64,000 bases of DNA from Octopus vulgaris. Its lineage: Eukaryota. The notes under the pieces were generated by a model. The model made no database searches. It saw only the letters and a program-made list of their open reading frames with translations, and was not told the origin of the DNA. Below, piece after piece: positions 1 to 12,929 of the stretch (position 1 is the first letter of the stretch; every line of letters begins with the position of its first letter). Both the position numbers and the translations under genes were made by a program. Location of the stretch: assembly GCA_951406725.2 (NCBI GenBank), contig OX597815.1, positions 31,310,001 through 31,374,000 of the forward strand, read 5' to 3'.

Positions 1-576
1 GCAGTGAGAAACAAAATATTAAATGAAAAAGCGAGATAGAGAAAAATTTTTTTGCACTGAAGGACTTATTTCAATCTAGCTTGATATAAACGACAGCTAA
101 AAATGTTTCCATCTATGTCTTAACTATTTAAATATTAATATTTACTAATGTTAAACTTTCAAATTGTGCAACTGCAAAAAGATTTTTATTGCAATCTTCT
201 ATATGAAACAGAGAAAATAAAATGAAAAGGAAACTTCCAAACTTGAAGGCATTAATATTTTAAATATCTAAATATTAAGAGAACTGAAGGCTTGAACAAA
301 CAAATATAAAATGCTTCGCAGTTGACGGATAAAGTCTGAAATGTGTCAGGTTATAAGAAAATTTTCGAATAAAGTTTGAAACATATAATTTTAATATTTA
401 AAATATTTTTTATCACTACCACTAGGAAAAGAAGCAGTACTTGATTTGTGTAATGAATCTCGTACAACCAACCCATTTAAAGATAGATTGGGACATTAAA
501 AGAGATAGCAACTACTAATTTGGTGACCAACTAGTTTGAATGAAAGAGTAGTATCTCCACCTGATTAAAATTCATA

Positions 577-764
577 TATTTCTTTATTGCCCACAAGGGG
601 CTAAACATAGAGGAGACAAACAAGGACATACAAAGGGATTCAGTCGATTACATCGACCGCAGTGCGTAACTGGTACTTAATTTATCGACCCCGAAAGGAT
701 GAAAGGCGGATTTTTGAACTCACAACGTAACGACAGACGAAATACGGCTACGCATTTCGCCCGA
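577..764 (-). mobile_element. SINE family A (tail type A1), 5'-truncated with internal deletion
   Basis: Reverse complement matches the body (GCCTTTCATCCTTTCGGGGTCGATAAATTAAGTACCAG) and tail of the full copy at 5959-6189. Confidence 0.85.
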
Positions 765-1018
765 GTGAACGGATCTACTCTAAACATGGGCTTGTAAATT
801 GAAGGACAATGTGAAAAAGGCTCTTGCAGTAGTAGTCAGGGTGATTGTCTTTTTTGTGGGGTCCCCACGAAGGCTCCCTCTTTGTGAAATTATTCAATGT
901 TATAATTTTATACTGTCACTGTTTTACTTTAACACACTTTTAATGTAACCCCATATTGTACTGTCCTACACCGTCATCTATGTTTTTTGAACACTTAGAA
1001 GTTAATAAAAAATCACTA

Positions 1019-1280
1019 ATATTATTATTATTGTTGTTGTTGTTGTTGTTGTTGTTATTAACATTATTTTTATTATTAATAATAATATTTTAAGGATGCG
1101 AGTTGGGGGTCGATGTAATTGATTTAGCCTCTCCCTCGAAATTTCAAGTCTTATGCCTACAACAGAAAGTATTATTATGATTATTATTATTATTATTATT
1201 GTTGTTGTTGTTGTTGTTGTTGTTGTTTTTGTTGTTGTTGTTGTTGTTGTTATCATCATTATTATTGTTGTTGTTGTTGG
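1019..1280. repeat. (ATT)n/(GTT)n microsatellite cluster with embedded SINE-A2 tail fragment (~1100-1172)
   Basis: Direct inspection; fragment resembles tails at ~2195-2260 and ~3355-3420. Confidence 0.8.
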
Positions 1281-2004
1281 GTGAGAGAGCTGTGCATACA
1301 TGAAAGTGACACTAGGGTAAAATATACGAAATCCAACGTACCATCATGACTACCCGTCTGATAAGGGTACACTAGTTACATTCATCACAACCATATGTGC
1401 GCGTCATGGTAATCTCATATCAAGATTAACAGCGCATGACCTTGCGTGTGGGGCCCAGTTAGAATTTTCTTCAGGTCGAGTAGCCCATCCCGCTCAAAAG
1501 GTCTTTGGATAAGGGTTTTTTAAGGATGTTGAACAAAACACCCATGTTTTCAAAGGAGAATTATCCAAACCCCAAAGAATTCCTCTCAACACATGGCTAT
1601 GATGCTCCCCCACTACTTCTGCTCGTAATCAGAGATACATATATCGTCAGCCACTAAGTGACATGCTCAACTGGTTAAGGTCAATCAACCGACAAGCAAA
1701 TCAGTGGTATTGGGAAGAATATTTGCAGTAGCCCATCTTTTATACCAAGGCAAAACAATGTACATGATGACACTTCCAATCAGTTAAGATGAGAAGCCAT
1801 GCAGCCACTGCCTGGTACTGCATCAATGCTTTTTATTATTATTATTATTATTATTATTCAGTAGTTTTATTTTTATAGCGTGCTTTCACTTCACTATATG
1901 TGTTTGTAAGTCCTGGTGTTTTTGTTATGTATTTGTCTGAATATTTTTTTATCATGCCTAATGCACCTACTATGATAGGAATTGTTTCTGTTTTCAGGTT
2001 CCAC

Positions 2005-2043
<39 letters not shown>

Positions 2044-2044
2044 C

Positions 2045-2265
2045 AAGGCGGTGAGCTGGTGGAATCGTTATCGCGCCTAGTAAAATGCTTAGCAGCATTT
2101 CGTCCGTCTGCACGTTCTGAGTTCAAATTCCACCGAGGTCGACTTTGCCGTTCATCTTTTCGAGGTCGATAAATTAAGTACCAGTGAAATACTGGGGGGG
2201 TCTATGTAATTGACTAGTCCACTCCTCAAAAATTTCAGACCTTGTGCCTATAGTAGATAGGCTAA
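2045..2265 (+). mobile_element. SINE family A (tail type A2), adjoining a (TAT)n tract
   Basis: tRNA-like head GGCGGTGAGCTGGTGGAATCGTTA...GAGTTCAAATTCC (A/B-box-like) plus shared central domain. Confidence 0.85.
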
Positions 2266-2282
2266 TGATAATTATTATTATT

Positions 2283-3110
2283 TTCATATACACTCAACAG
2301 ATTAGACTGTTGGAAAAGAAAAAATCCTAACGTTGGGCTACAAGTAACCTTAGATGCCATGAACCTTCCTGTCAAGCTACAACAAGTAACCTTAGATGCC
2401 AAAAACCCTTCGAAGTACCCTAGCTATCCCTACTAACACTGTTTTCTGCTCTGAACTGGGTTTTATGCCAATTTCCTGTATCCATCTGTTCAGATATTTA
2501 GGGATAGTTCCCAATTCACCTATAACTGCTTGGATACATTTTACCCGCACTGTCGATAGTCTCTGTAAATCAGTAGCTAGGTCCTGGTACTTTGCTATTT
2601 TTCTATGCTGCTCATGTCAATTTTTTTCATCATTTAGGACTGTAAATTCAATTAGCTGGGCTTTCTATCCTCTACTACTACTACTACTACTACCACCAAA
2701 TCAGGCCTTCTAGCTTCTATTACTCTGTCAGTCTGAATGTAAAAGTCCCACAAATCTTGTATTTCTTACTTTCTAATATTTTACTAGGTTCATGTTCATA
2801 CCATTTATCAGTATGTTCAAATCCTAGCTTTCTACATAGCTCCCAGTGGATTACTCTTCCGAGGTTGTCATGTCTTTTTTTGTATTCTTTCTGTGTCAGC
2901 AAGCTACATTCACTTACTGTATAAGTAACGCTTTCCTGTTTTGAGCTGCATAATTTACATTGGGAATCTACTTGGTTTTTGTCTCTCTTGGCTTTTATCA
3001 AATTTGTCCATATTGCTTGATCTTGTGCAGCTACTAACAAACTTTCTGTCTCCCTGTTCAGTTTTCCTTTCCGCAACCAAAACCATGTCTCACTACTACT
3101 ATTTGCTGCA
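2283..3110 (-). mobile_element. Degenerate 3' part of an R4/Dong-type (RLE) non-LTR retrotransposon
   Basis: Minus-strand translation: WLRKGKLNRETESLLVAAQDQA, CKLC...ESVTYTVSEC knuckle, RHD motif; after frameshifts KIAKYQDLA...VIGELG...ARVLRRVF-stop; homologous to 19096-20211; (ATT)n on both sides. Confidence 0.85.
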
Positions 3111-3119
3111 ACTGTTGTC

Positions 3120-3138
3120 GTCATCATCATCATCATCA

Positions 3139-3226
<88 letters not shown>

Positions 3227-3230
3227 CATT
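3120..3230. repeat. (CAT)n(ATT)n microsatellite
   Basis: Direct inspection. Confidence 0.95.
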
Positions 3231-3420
3231 AAGGCGACGAGCTGACAGAATCGTTAGCACGCCGGGCAGAATGTTTCTGAGTTGAAATTCCGGCGAGGTC
3301 GTCTTTGCCTTTCATCCTTTCGAGACCGATAAAATAAGTACCAGTTGAATATAGAGGTCGATATAATTGACTTATCCCCACTCCCGAAATTACAGGGCTT
3401 GTGCCCTTAGTAGAAAGGGT
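3231..3420 (+). mobile_element. SINE family A (tail type A2) with internal deletion
   Basis: Same head and central domain as 2045-2265 and 5959-6189. Confidence 0.85.
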
Positions 3421-4177
3421 TAATTGTTATTTCCCATTTCAAGTGAGGACTACTTTTACAGTATTTCATTTAAAACTCCTGTCGCTTTTGGTTTCATTGA
3501 CCAAATTCTATGATGATACAATGTAGGTAACATTCATTTCTCCTCAGTTTTTGTTTCATAGACACGAGTTGCTTTAAGAGAAAAGCGTATTTTTTTCTCT
3601 TATGCAATTGCATAAGCTTTCTACAATGCATACAGCTGAGACGATGTAATCATTATTTTACCTTCTCTTCTATTTATTTATTTATTTATTTATTTACTTA
3701 TTAAATTATTTCCATTTTCATTTTTAACTCTATATTATTATTTTTATTACTAACGTCCATCTTTGTTTTGCTTTTTTTTATCATTATTAATTTATATATT
3801 TATTTTATTCTATCTCACAATATTCTGACACTTATTCCATCATCTATTCTTGTCGATCCGTCATTCTGTCACTCATTTTTTTTTCTTACTTTAAAAAACC
3901 GTTGTGCATTTTTGTCCACTGGGATCTTAATAATTTTTTTGTGTATTCTCTCAATTTTTTTTTCCAGTCAGTCTATTATATAAAGTGGAAATGTTGTCCA
4001 ATTTTCGCAGTTGCTTCAGGATGAGAGCATGAAACTAGTAATTGTAAATTGTGAAGCTTCGGCTTGAAAATAAATAATATATATGCAAACATATTTACAG
4101 ACATACACAAAGTTACATACACAGTTCTACCCCATATATATTTACATACATACGTATATTCCTACATCCATACACCG

Positions 4178-4234
<57 letters not shown>

Positions 4235-4708
4235 TATATTGTATTATATATATCTATGTATCTATTCATCTATGTATGTACGTATGTGTACGTATATACA
4301 TATTTATATCTACACAAACACGCAAGCCTATATGTGTGTGTGTGCGCCTCTGTGTGTGTATGTGTGCGCGCTTATGTGTGTGTGTGTTCCATAAATTTGT
4401 TCTGGGGTTTTATGTTTTTTTCTTAACCGGTTTGCCTTATGCCACATACACTTATATGCGAATTGAAGGGCACGTATCTATTTGTCTGCTAATTTATATA
4501 CCCCTAAAACCATTATATTTTTACATCTTATTTACATATATTTTTTCCATATACTTATATACTTCTCCACATATTTATTCACCCCATTTTATAGGAATCT
4601 TCCTCCCTCCACACTTTCTTTCTCTCTATTTCCCTCTATTTTAAGGTCTGTGCCTCTCTCACTGTCTACATACATAAATATATACATATATATATGTGTA
4701 TATATATA

Positions 4709-4749
<41 letters not shown>

Positions 4750-5159
4750 GCGTGTGTGTGTCTGTGTGTGTGTTTGTCTGAATAGACTCATACACACGTA
4801 CGTATGTTAGTAGGTATATATGTATATATGTATGTATTATGATTTTGCTTAGACATAACAATACTAATGGCCTGTAGTTAGAATTCAATATACAAAATCC
4901 CCATCAAAGAGCGTTAGACACGAACAGAGGAAGCACTCAGCTCTGAGTGCACTGCTTCTTATAGCAGAGACAGCTGTAAGCTAATGAAGTTGATTACGTA
5001 ATTTTTGTCCTCGCGTCATGCCATGAATTTTATTTATATACATAGACACACATATACACACACAAACATACACACACTCGGACACACACACACATACATA
5101 CATACATACATACATACATACATACATACATACATACATACATACATACACATACAAAT

Positions 5160-5350
5160 ATTCTTTTATCTTTTACCTGTTTCAGCATTTGACTGCGGTT
5201 ATGCTTAAATAGACCCTAGGACTTACTTTTATGCTTAGTACTCATTGTATCGGTCTGATTTGCCGAACCGCTTAGTTACGGGGATGTAAAGACACCAACA
5301 CCGGTGGTGGGGGACAAACACAGAACACACACACTCACACACACACACCA

Positions 5351-5436
<86 letters not shown>

Positions 5437-5604
5437 CGTGGTATGTGTGTGTGTGAGTGTGTGTCTTCTTTCAGTTTCCATCTTGCAAATCCACTCACAG
5501 GTATATAATCGGCCCGGGGCTGTAATAGGAGGCTATTAGGAGTGGAACCGAACCCAAAACCATAGGGTTGAGAAGCAAGTTTCTGCCCATGCAACTACGC
5601 CTGC

Positions 5605-5606
<2 letters not shown>
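5160..5606 (-). mobile_element. SINE family B, degenerate, with internal (CA)n/(TA)n
   Basis: Diverged match to the family B copy at 28035-28470. Confidence 0.7.
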
Positions 5607-5658
<52 letters not shown>

Positions 5659-5958
5659 GTCTGCATCAGTTAAGGTGACAAGAGAGGAAATTAAAAGACT
5701 GTTGAGTTTCGTACCACCTACGTTTGAGCGACTGATGCAGATCGGAAGACAACGTTTGCTTGCATATGTAGACACAAGCTTATAGAAAAAAAAACTAGGT
5801 GAGAATTGAAGGAAGATTAAAAGGTGAGAATGAGGTGAAGCAGAGTATTAAGGTGAGAAAGATAAAAATGGGATGACTAAGCTAAAAAGTTATAAAGGAT
5901 TAGAAAGGAAAATGTTCATACTAAAAACCCGTCAGTAACATGGTATATATCGTCTTAA

Positions 5959-6189
5959 GGCGGCGAGCTGGCAGAAACGTTAGCACGCCGGGCGAAATGC
6001 GTAGCCGTATTTTGTCTGCCGTTATGTTCTGAGTTCAAATTCCGCCGAGGTCAACTTTGCCTTTCATCCTTTCGGGGTCGATAAATTAAGTACCTGTTAC
6101 GCACTGGAGTCGATATAATCGACTTAATCCGTTTGTCTGTCTTTGTTTGTCCTCTCTGTGTTTAGCCCCTTGTGGGTAGTAAAGAAATA
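5959..6189 (+). mobile_element. SINE family A (tail A1), full length, 17-bp TSD
   Basis: tRNA-like head with Pol III A/B-box-like motifs; perfect direct repeat GGTATATATCGTCTTAA at 5942-5958 and 6190-6206. Confidence 0.93.
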
Positions 6190-6827
6190 GGTATATATCG
6201 TCTTAATTTATAAAGTGAAGAATTATCATTATTAAGCTCTGATATATTCGAAAATGTCTTTAGGAACTGAAGGCCAAATATGTGGCTAAAATATGGATAC
6301 AGATGATATATTTATACTTTGGTCTTACCAGCAAGTGTAAGTAGTTCTGTGCCAAAAGCACTCAATGTGTTCTTCAACTGAATTAACGATAGAAAGGGAG
6401 AAAAACCCAATAAACTGGTCTTCTTGGATTTGCTAATAATTTGTTATATCCTTATTATGTTAGATTGTTATAACGCCCACTTCCGTATACTGTACACTTA
6501 GATACACTTAGCCAGTAAGATACGCCTATCTCTGACCGCCTACTACGTACTCCTTTCTTTATTTGGCACTACGGCCATAGCACAAAGGGGACAGCACAAG
6601 GACAGACAGAACACCGCAGTGGGGACAAAAAAACATAGAATGAATGAGAAATGCGAAAAATGTTATATAAAAATGAAAATGAAAAATGAAATGTCGGCAT
6701 GAGCCCCACTCTCGTGCCGTACCTTTTGCTCGTTTTTACGCGCAGTTTATAATCTTTTCTTCTTTTCCTTTGTTTTTTCCATTATCATCATTTCTTTCTT
6801 TTTTTTTAAGAAACAATTTTACTTACT

Positions 6828-7017
6828 TTAATAGTTATCGCCATACTAATATGGCAGTCTTATAAATATAAGACTAAAGCTGTCGCTGATTAGCTCCAAG
6901 AGGCCACCGCCTCTAGCTAGCTATTTGACACACAACCTGCGTCCATTACAAACCTTCGAACAGGGGAGGTCAGCCGCTTCATCCTGCTAGTCATATTAGT
7001 ATGGCGATAACTATTAA
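6828..7017. mobile_element. 190-bp MITE with perfect 26-bp inverted termini beginning and ending in TTAA
   Basis: TTAATAGTTATCGCCATACTAATATG (6828-6853) is the exact reverse complement of 6992-7017. Confidence 0.88.
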
Positions 7018-7093
7018 TTTCCAGTAACGCTGCCGTAATCTCCTTTAGAGAGACTTAGTAATTTTAATATTTCTATAATTTTACTTACTTTTT

Positions 7094-8576
7094 TTAATGT
7101 ATTATAAACGGTTCCAGCTCTCTTAATTCTACCACTAGCGGCAGTTTGTCAAACTCCACCACAACCCCCGGCGGATCAATGTCCCTTCCACACATTTCCT
7201 TTAACCTGTTATACCTATCTTTATCAGTTACTATAGCCTTCATATTTTCCGGGTAAATATCCGTAGTTAACTTAACCCTTATAATAGATTTGAACTTCAT
7301 TATTTTTCTTTTCCACCTGTGCTTTTTTACCTTTCTTGCTTGTTTGCCTTTTCCTTGCTCTACTCTTGGCACCTTCTCTCTGTCCTTATCCACCTCCATT
7401 TTGTTTAGTATCGCAGTTCTACCTTCCTGCCGTTGTCTTTCAATACCGCCTAAATTTTCCTCCTCCACTGGTATAGCTAGTACCTTTGCTACTGTCTCCT
7501 CTTTCTCGGCCTTCTCCTCGAGCCCCTTCTCAACCACCTTCTCAACCTCCTCCTTTTCCACCTCCTTCTCAACCTCCTCCTTTTCCACCTACTTCTCAAC
7601 CACCTTCTCAACCTCCTCCTTTTCCACCTCCTTCTCAACCTCTTTCGCATCTTCCTTATCTCCTTTTTTTCTTTTTCTGCTTCTCCGGCGGAGAGCTTAA
7701 TCTTTCATTTCTTTTTCGTTTTTTAACTACTGTGAATGCTTCCTCTGTACTTGCCGCCTCTTTCACATCATCGTGTACCACTTCGTCCAACCTCTCCTGC
7801 TCCTCAGACTGTTCAATCTGTTGTTCCTCCTTTTCTCTCTGGGGCTACCGCACCTTCATATAGCCTTTCTCTCCACATAGGTAGCACATGGGAGGTCTAT
7901 CCTCCACTACCACTCTCAGCCTCACATCCTCAGGTAAAACTATTTCCTCTGCAATCCTGTTTAGGTCACTTAAACTCGCTTGTCTGGCCATCTCTATGCC
8001 AAAACCCCGTGAATTTAACCTTTTGGTCCTCGTCACTCTCAGCATTTTTGCATCCTCTTCCATGTTGAACATTATTGCTGCTATCAACCATGTTTCTTTT
8101 ATTTCTGGGGGTACTTTACCCACTCTCACCCTGACAACACGCTTGCAACAGTACGTTGGCAAAAGTACCCATTCTTCCGTTTTTATGGTTTCAGTGGAAT
8201 GCTTTATCGCTTCGTCTTCCATCGCGAATCGTACCTCTACTGTGCCATACTTTCTTTCTATTGTGATAAAAGTGGTGAACTTTTTAATTCCCTTTAAGCA
8301 CTCTTCAATAGCTTCGATGGCTGCTATTTCGATTTTCCTAGATGACACCTTCAGTGTTTTATATATGACCGTTCTTTTTGTCACACTATTCGTTAGTTCC
8401 TCTGGTGGCGTCAATTTCAAGGTATTGACTTCCTTTTTCAACAACTTTTCACACTCTTTCAGCTTCCTCGGCTCAACCTTCACCTCACGAACCGCCAAAG
8501 TTTCAGAGTCCACTCCTTTGCCAGTTGCTGCTGCATAACTGTGGCTTCCTGCTGGTACTTGTTCCATTTCTCCCAT
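7094..8576 (-). pseudogene. Retroelement ORF1/gag-like protein (SYAAA motif, possible RRM-like region, degenerate CCHC knuckle, Glu/Lys-rich repeat), disrupted
   Basis: ORF 7845-8597 ends CYLCGEKGYMKVR-stop (CX2CX4HX4C with H>Y and C>stop); frame continues past the stop and after a frameshift joins ORF 7094-7588. Confidence 0.7.
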
Positions 8577-8708
8577 AAATGGGACGAAAACAAACACAAT
8601 TCAACAAATCGTATGCAAACAACAGTAACAGTAATTTCAACAATCAACAATAGTAGGTACACCCACGAGGGGAGACCTTCAACATATACTATAACAATTA
8701 TATATAAA

Positions 8709-8929
8709 CCTATTTCTTTACTATCCACACGGGGCTAAACACAGAGAGGACGAAAAAAGACAGACAAACGGATTAAGTCGATCATATCGACCCAGTGCGT
8801 AACTGTACTTATTTAATAGACCCCGAAAGGATGAAAGGCAAAGTCGACCTCGGCGGAATTTGAACTCAGAACGTAACGGCAGACGAAATACCGCCCGGCG
8901 CGCTAACGTTTCTGCCAGCTCGCCGCCTT
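8709..8929 (-). mobile_element. SINE family A (tail A1), upstream of the ORF1-like frame
   Basis: Near-full-length reverse-complement match to 5959-6189. Confidence 0.9.
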
Positions 8930-9435
8930 CATTTATAACAATTATAACACCACTTACTTCTACGAAATCACGAGGATTTTAACCAGAAAAACAGTCTACA
9001 ACGTACTCTGGTACTTCACGTACTTCTCTTTACTTACAGTGACTAGGTTATTCCATTCGTCACTTGGGAGGGGTGTACCATTATTACTAATTCCTTACAG
9101 TATCTCCCCTTTTAAGTTTTTCTTAGGAAGCGTTATTTAATTTAGCATTAATTTTTTAATTCTCCCCACTTACCTTTCTTTTTAGTTTTTTTCCGTAAAA
9201 TTAAATTTTTTTTTCGCTTGGCATCTATTTCCAGGAACTGTGTATGTTTTCTTTTCCCCTCACTTGTATGCCTGGGTTCAATCACCTGCAGTAGCGTTGG
9301 TACTTGGAACGTATCGTACAACAATTCCATCAGTTCCTCTAACTTCTTTGGCTCACTTTCCACGAATCTCTTTTTCAGTTGCTTCCTGTGTCTCTTTTGT
9401 ATGCCTTTTCTACTCTTTACCCAATATATCATTTT

Positions 9436-9817
9436 GTGGAGGCGCAATGGCCCAGTGGTTAGGGCAGCGGACTCGCGGTCGTAGGATCGCGGTTTCGATT
9501 CCCAGACCGGACGTTGTGAGTGTTTATTGAGCGAAAACACCTAAAGCTCCATGAGGCTCCGGTAGTGATGGTGGTGATCCCTGCTGTACTCTTTCACCAC
9601 AACTTTCTCTCACTCTTACTTCCTGTTTCTGTTGTACCTGTATTTCAAAGGGCCGGCCTTGTCACTCTCTGTGTCACGCTGAATATCCCCGAGAACTACG
9701 TTAAGGGTACACATGTCTGTGGAATGCTCAGCCACTTACACGTTAATTTCACGAGCAGGCTGTTCCGTTGATCGGATCAACCGGAACCCTCGTCGTTGTA
9801 ACCGACGGAGTGCTTCC
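9436..9817 (+). mobile_element. SINE family C (tRNA-derived head), full length, 10-bp TSD, inserted in the Gypsy integrase C-terminus
   Basis: Head GGCCCAGTGGTTAGGGCAGCGGACTCGCGGTCGTAGGATCGCGGTTTCGATTCCC; TSD ATATCATTTT at 9426-9435 and 9818-9827; possibly related to the octopus OR-type SINEs. Confidence 0.9.
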
Positions 9818-10711
9818 ATATCATTTTACCTATGCATTTCGTAATTACACCATCTTCCCAACTCTGCTTTCCATTCTTGTATATCCTCACATAAACCTTT
9901 TCACCAATTTTAAAGAATATTGCTATGTCTTCCCTGGCCCTTTTTTCTTTTCTTGCTCAATAGCAATTTATCAAAGACTGATTTTACTTTCTTTGCAAAC
10001 ATCAGCTCCGCTGTTGAGGTACCTGCCGGTGTATTCGCATTTGGTGTCACACGGTACGCACTTACAAATTGTTGTAGAGCTACCTCATCTGTGCTTTCCT
10101 TATTCAATTTTCTGAGGGCAAAATATTCTGCCTGTCCATTAGATCTGGGATGGTATGGCGCCGTAGTTATATGTTCTACCGCGAGCGTTTTTAAAATTCG
10201 CTAGACATAAATTGCGTCCCATTATCACACACTATTTTGTCTAGAACGCCAAATTTCGCAAACAATTCGTATGAGAAATTCATCACAATTGAGGAGGCTG
10301 GTTTTTCACACTTATAAATTTCAAGCCATTTTGAGAAACTATCAATCACCACTAAGTAGTAAGAACCATTTGAAGAACCAGCAAAATCGATGTGTAGTCT
10401 CGACTACGGAACATCTAATTTTGAACAATGTTTACATTTTATCGTGGGCAATTTTTCATTTCGTTTTGGTTTATGTTCCACTCTATCTTACTGCATTTTT
10501 TTTGTTTCAGTCCCTCAGCCGCATTTGAACATTCGACTGAACCGACTCTATTTCCACACAAAACACTTATGGGTGTATTCCATACTTTGAAAAGTTCCAG
10601 CCACTCAGAGCCGAATAGATTAAGTGAACTTTGCCTTTTTTGTTTGACATTGAAATGTTACATGGCATATGAATTCACCGAAAAAATATATTCTTTTCTC
10701 GTAACACCATG

Positions 10712-10895
10712 TTTTATTTTTATTTTATCTAGTTTCAGCTCACGAGCTGTAGCCATGCTGGGGCACCGCCATTCGGTGTTGCTACATGATTTTACTTCAC
10801 GAATGCTTTTTAGCAATTACCATTTGGTGCATAAGAGAGTTCGATGCAGCTGCCCTCATCTGCACTTCTCGCCGTGAAGTTGGTTCATCTGGGAC
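10712..10895 (-). mobile_element. 5'-truncated CR1/L2-group LINE (ORF2 C-terminus and 3' tail)
   Basis: Minus-strand translation VPDEPTSRREVQMRAAASNSLMHQ..., resembling CR1-type ORF2 C-termini; tail GGCGGTGCCCCAGCATGGCTACAGC...CTGAAACTAGATAAAA. Confidence 0.65.
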
Positions 10896-11217
10896 TACCT
10901 TTTTCGATTTAATTAATTTCGGCTTACCAACATATTTCCATGTTTTCTTCGTTTATAATGGTGATATCACTACCAGTGTCCAATTGCATTTTAACACTTG
11001 TATTTCTGATTTTCACCTTCACGAATTTCCTCATCGTTATAATTCAAATTCTTCCGATGGCATATTATTTATTCTTTTTCCTTTGTTCTAAGTTTCTTTT
11101 CATCGTTGTTCTACAGTGCTTCTTTATATGTCCTATATTTCCACAACGAAAGCACTCCGATTTTTTTAAATGGACTATCTTTCTTCAAGTGTATACCTCC
11201 ACATGCAAAACATGGGT

Positions 11218-12610
<1,393 letters not shown>

Positions 12611-12929
12611 TAACAGGAACCCTTAGAAGAAAGACAAAAAAAGAACGTAGTTCCAACACACACAAAATGTTTTTATGAGTAACGTGAAGAGTAAGATTTT
12701 CAAGCTAAAAATACGTAGGTAGCTGTGACGTTGATGTATTTCTCCCTGGAATCCAAAGAACAGTGTGACTGAAATGAAATAGATGCGGTTAAAATGTAAA
12801 TATTCATCAACGGCATATTGTATACATAATGGCGTATTGTGTATATACATGTGTGTGTCTAGTTAACTGCAGTTGTTACATCAGTACCGGAAGTTGACAT
12901 TGAAAGATCTTTTTACAGAAGTTAATCTT

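Larger units (their letters stand above)
6553..9008 (-). mobile_element. ORF1-only (HAL1-like) L1/Tx1-type non-autonomous retroelement; boundaries approximate
   Basis: Disrupted ORF1-like frame, then about 540 bp of 3' UTR ending in a tail similar to SINE-A1 (...AATAAAGAAAG); no APE/RT coding between ORF and tail. Confidence 0.55.
9099..11217 (-). mobile_element. Decayed Ty3/Gypsy LTR retrotransposon internal region (gag knuckle, integrase, PPT), split by two later insertions
   Basis: Minus strand: CFRCGNIGH knuckle (~11125-11155); integrase motifs DNGTQF, PYHPRSNGQAE, ALQQFVSAYRVTPN; polypurine tract AAAAGGGGAGA followed by TGTAAGG (LTR-like start at 9099). Confidence 0.8.

Noticed and set aside
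4000-4050. Possible decayed hammerhead (ATGagagCAT-GAAA-CTAG-TA with palindromic stem III)
   Set aside because: The CUGANGA half of the core is missing (reads CTTCAGG), so it is too degenerate to call.
9436-9510. tRNA-like sequences here and at 27161, 29059, 55140 and 58723
   Set aside because: Each continues into a repeated SINE body and lacks a proper acceptor stem and terminator; these are SINE heads, not tRNA genes.
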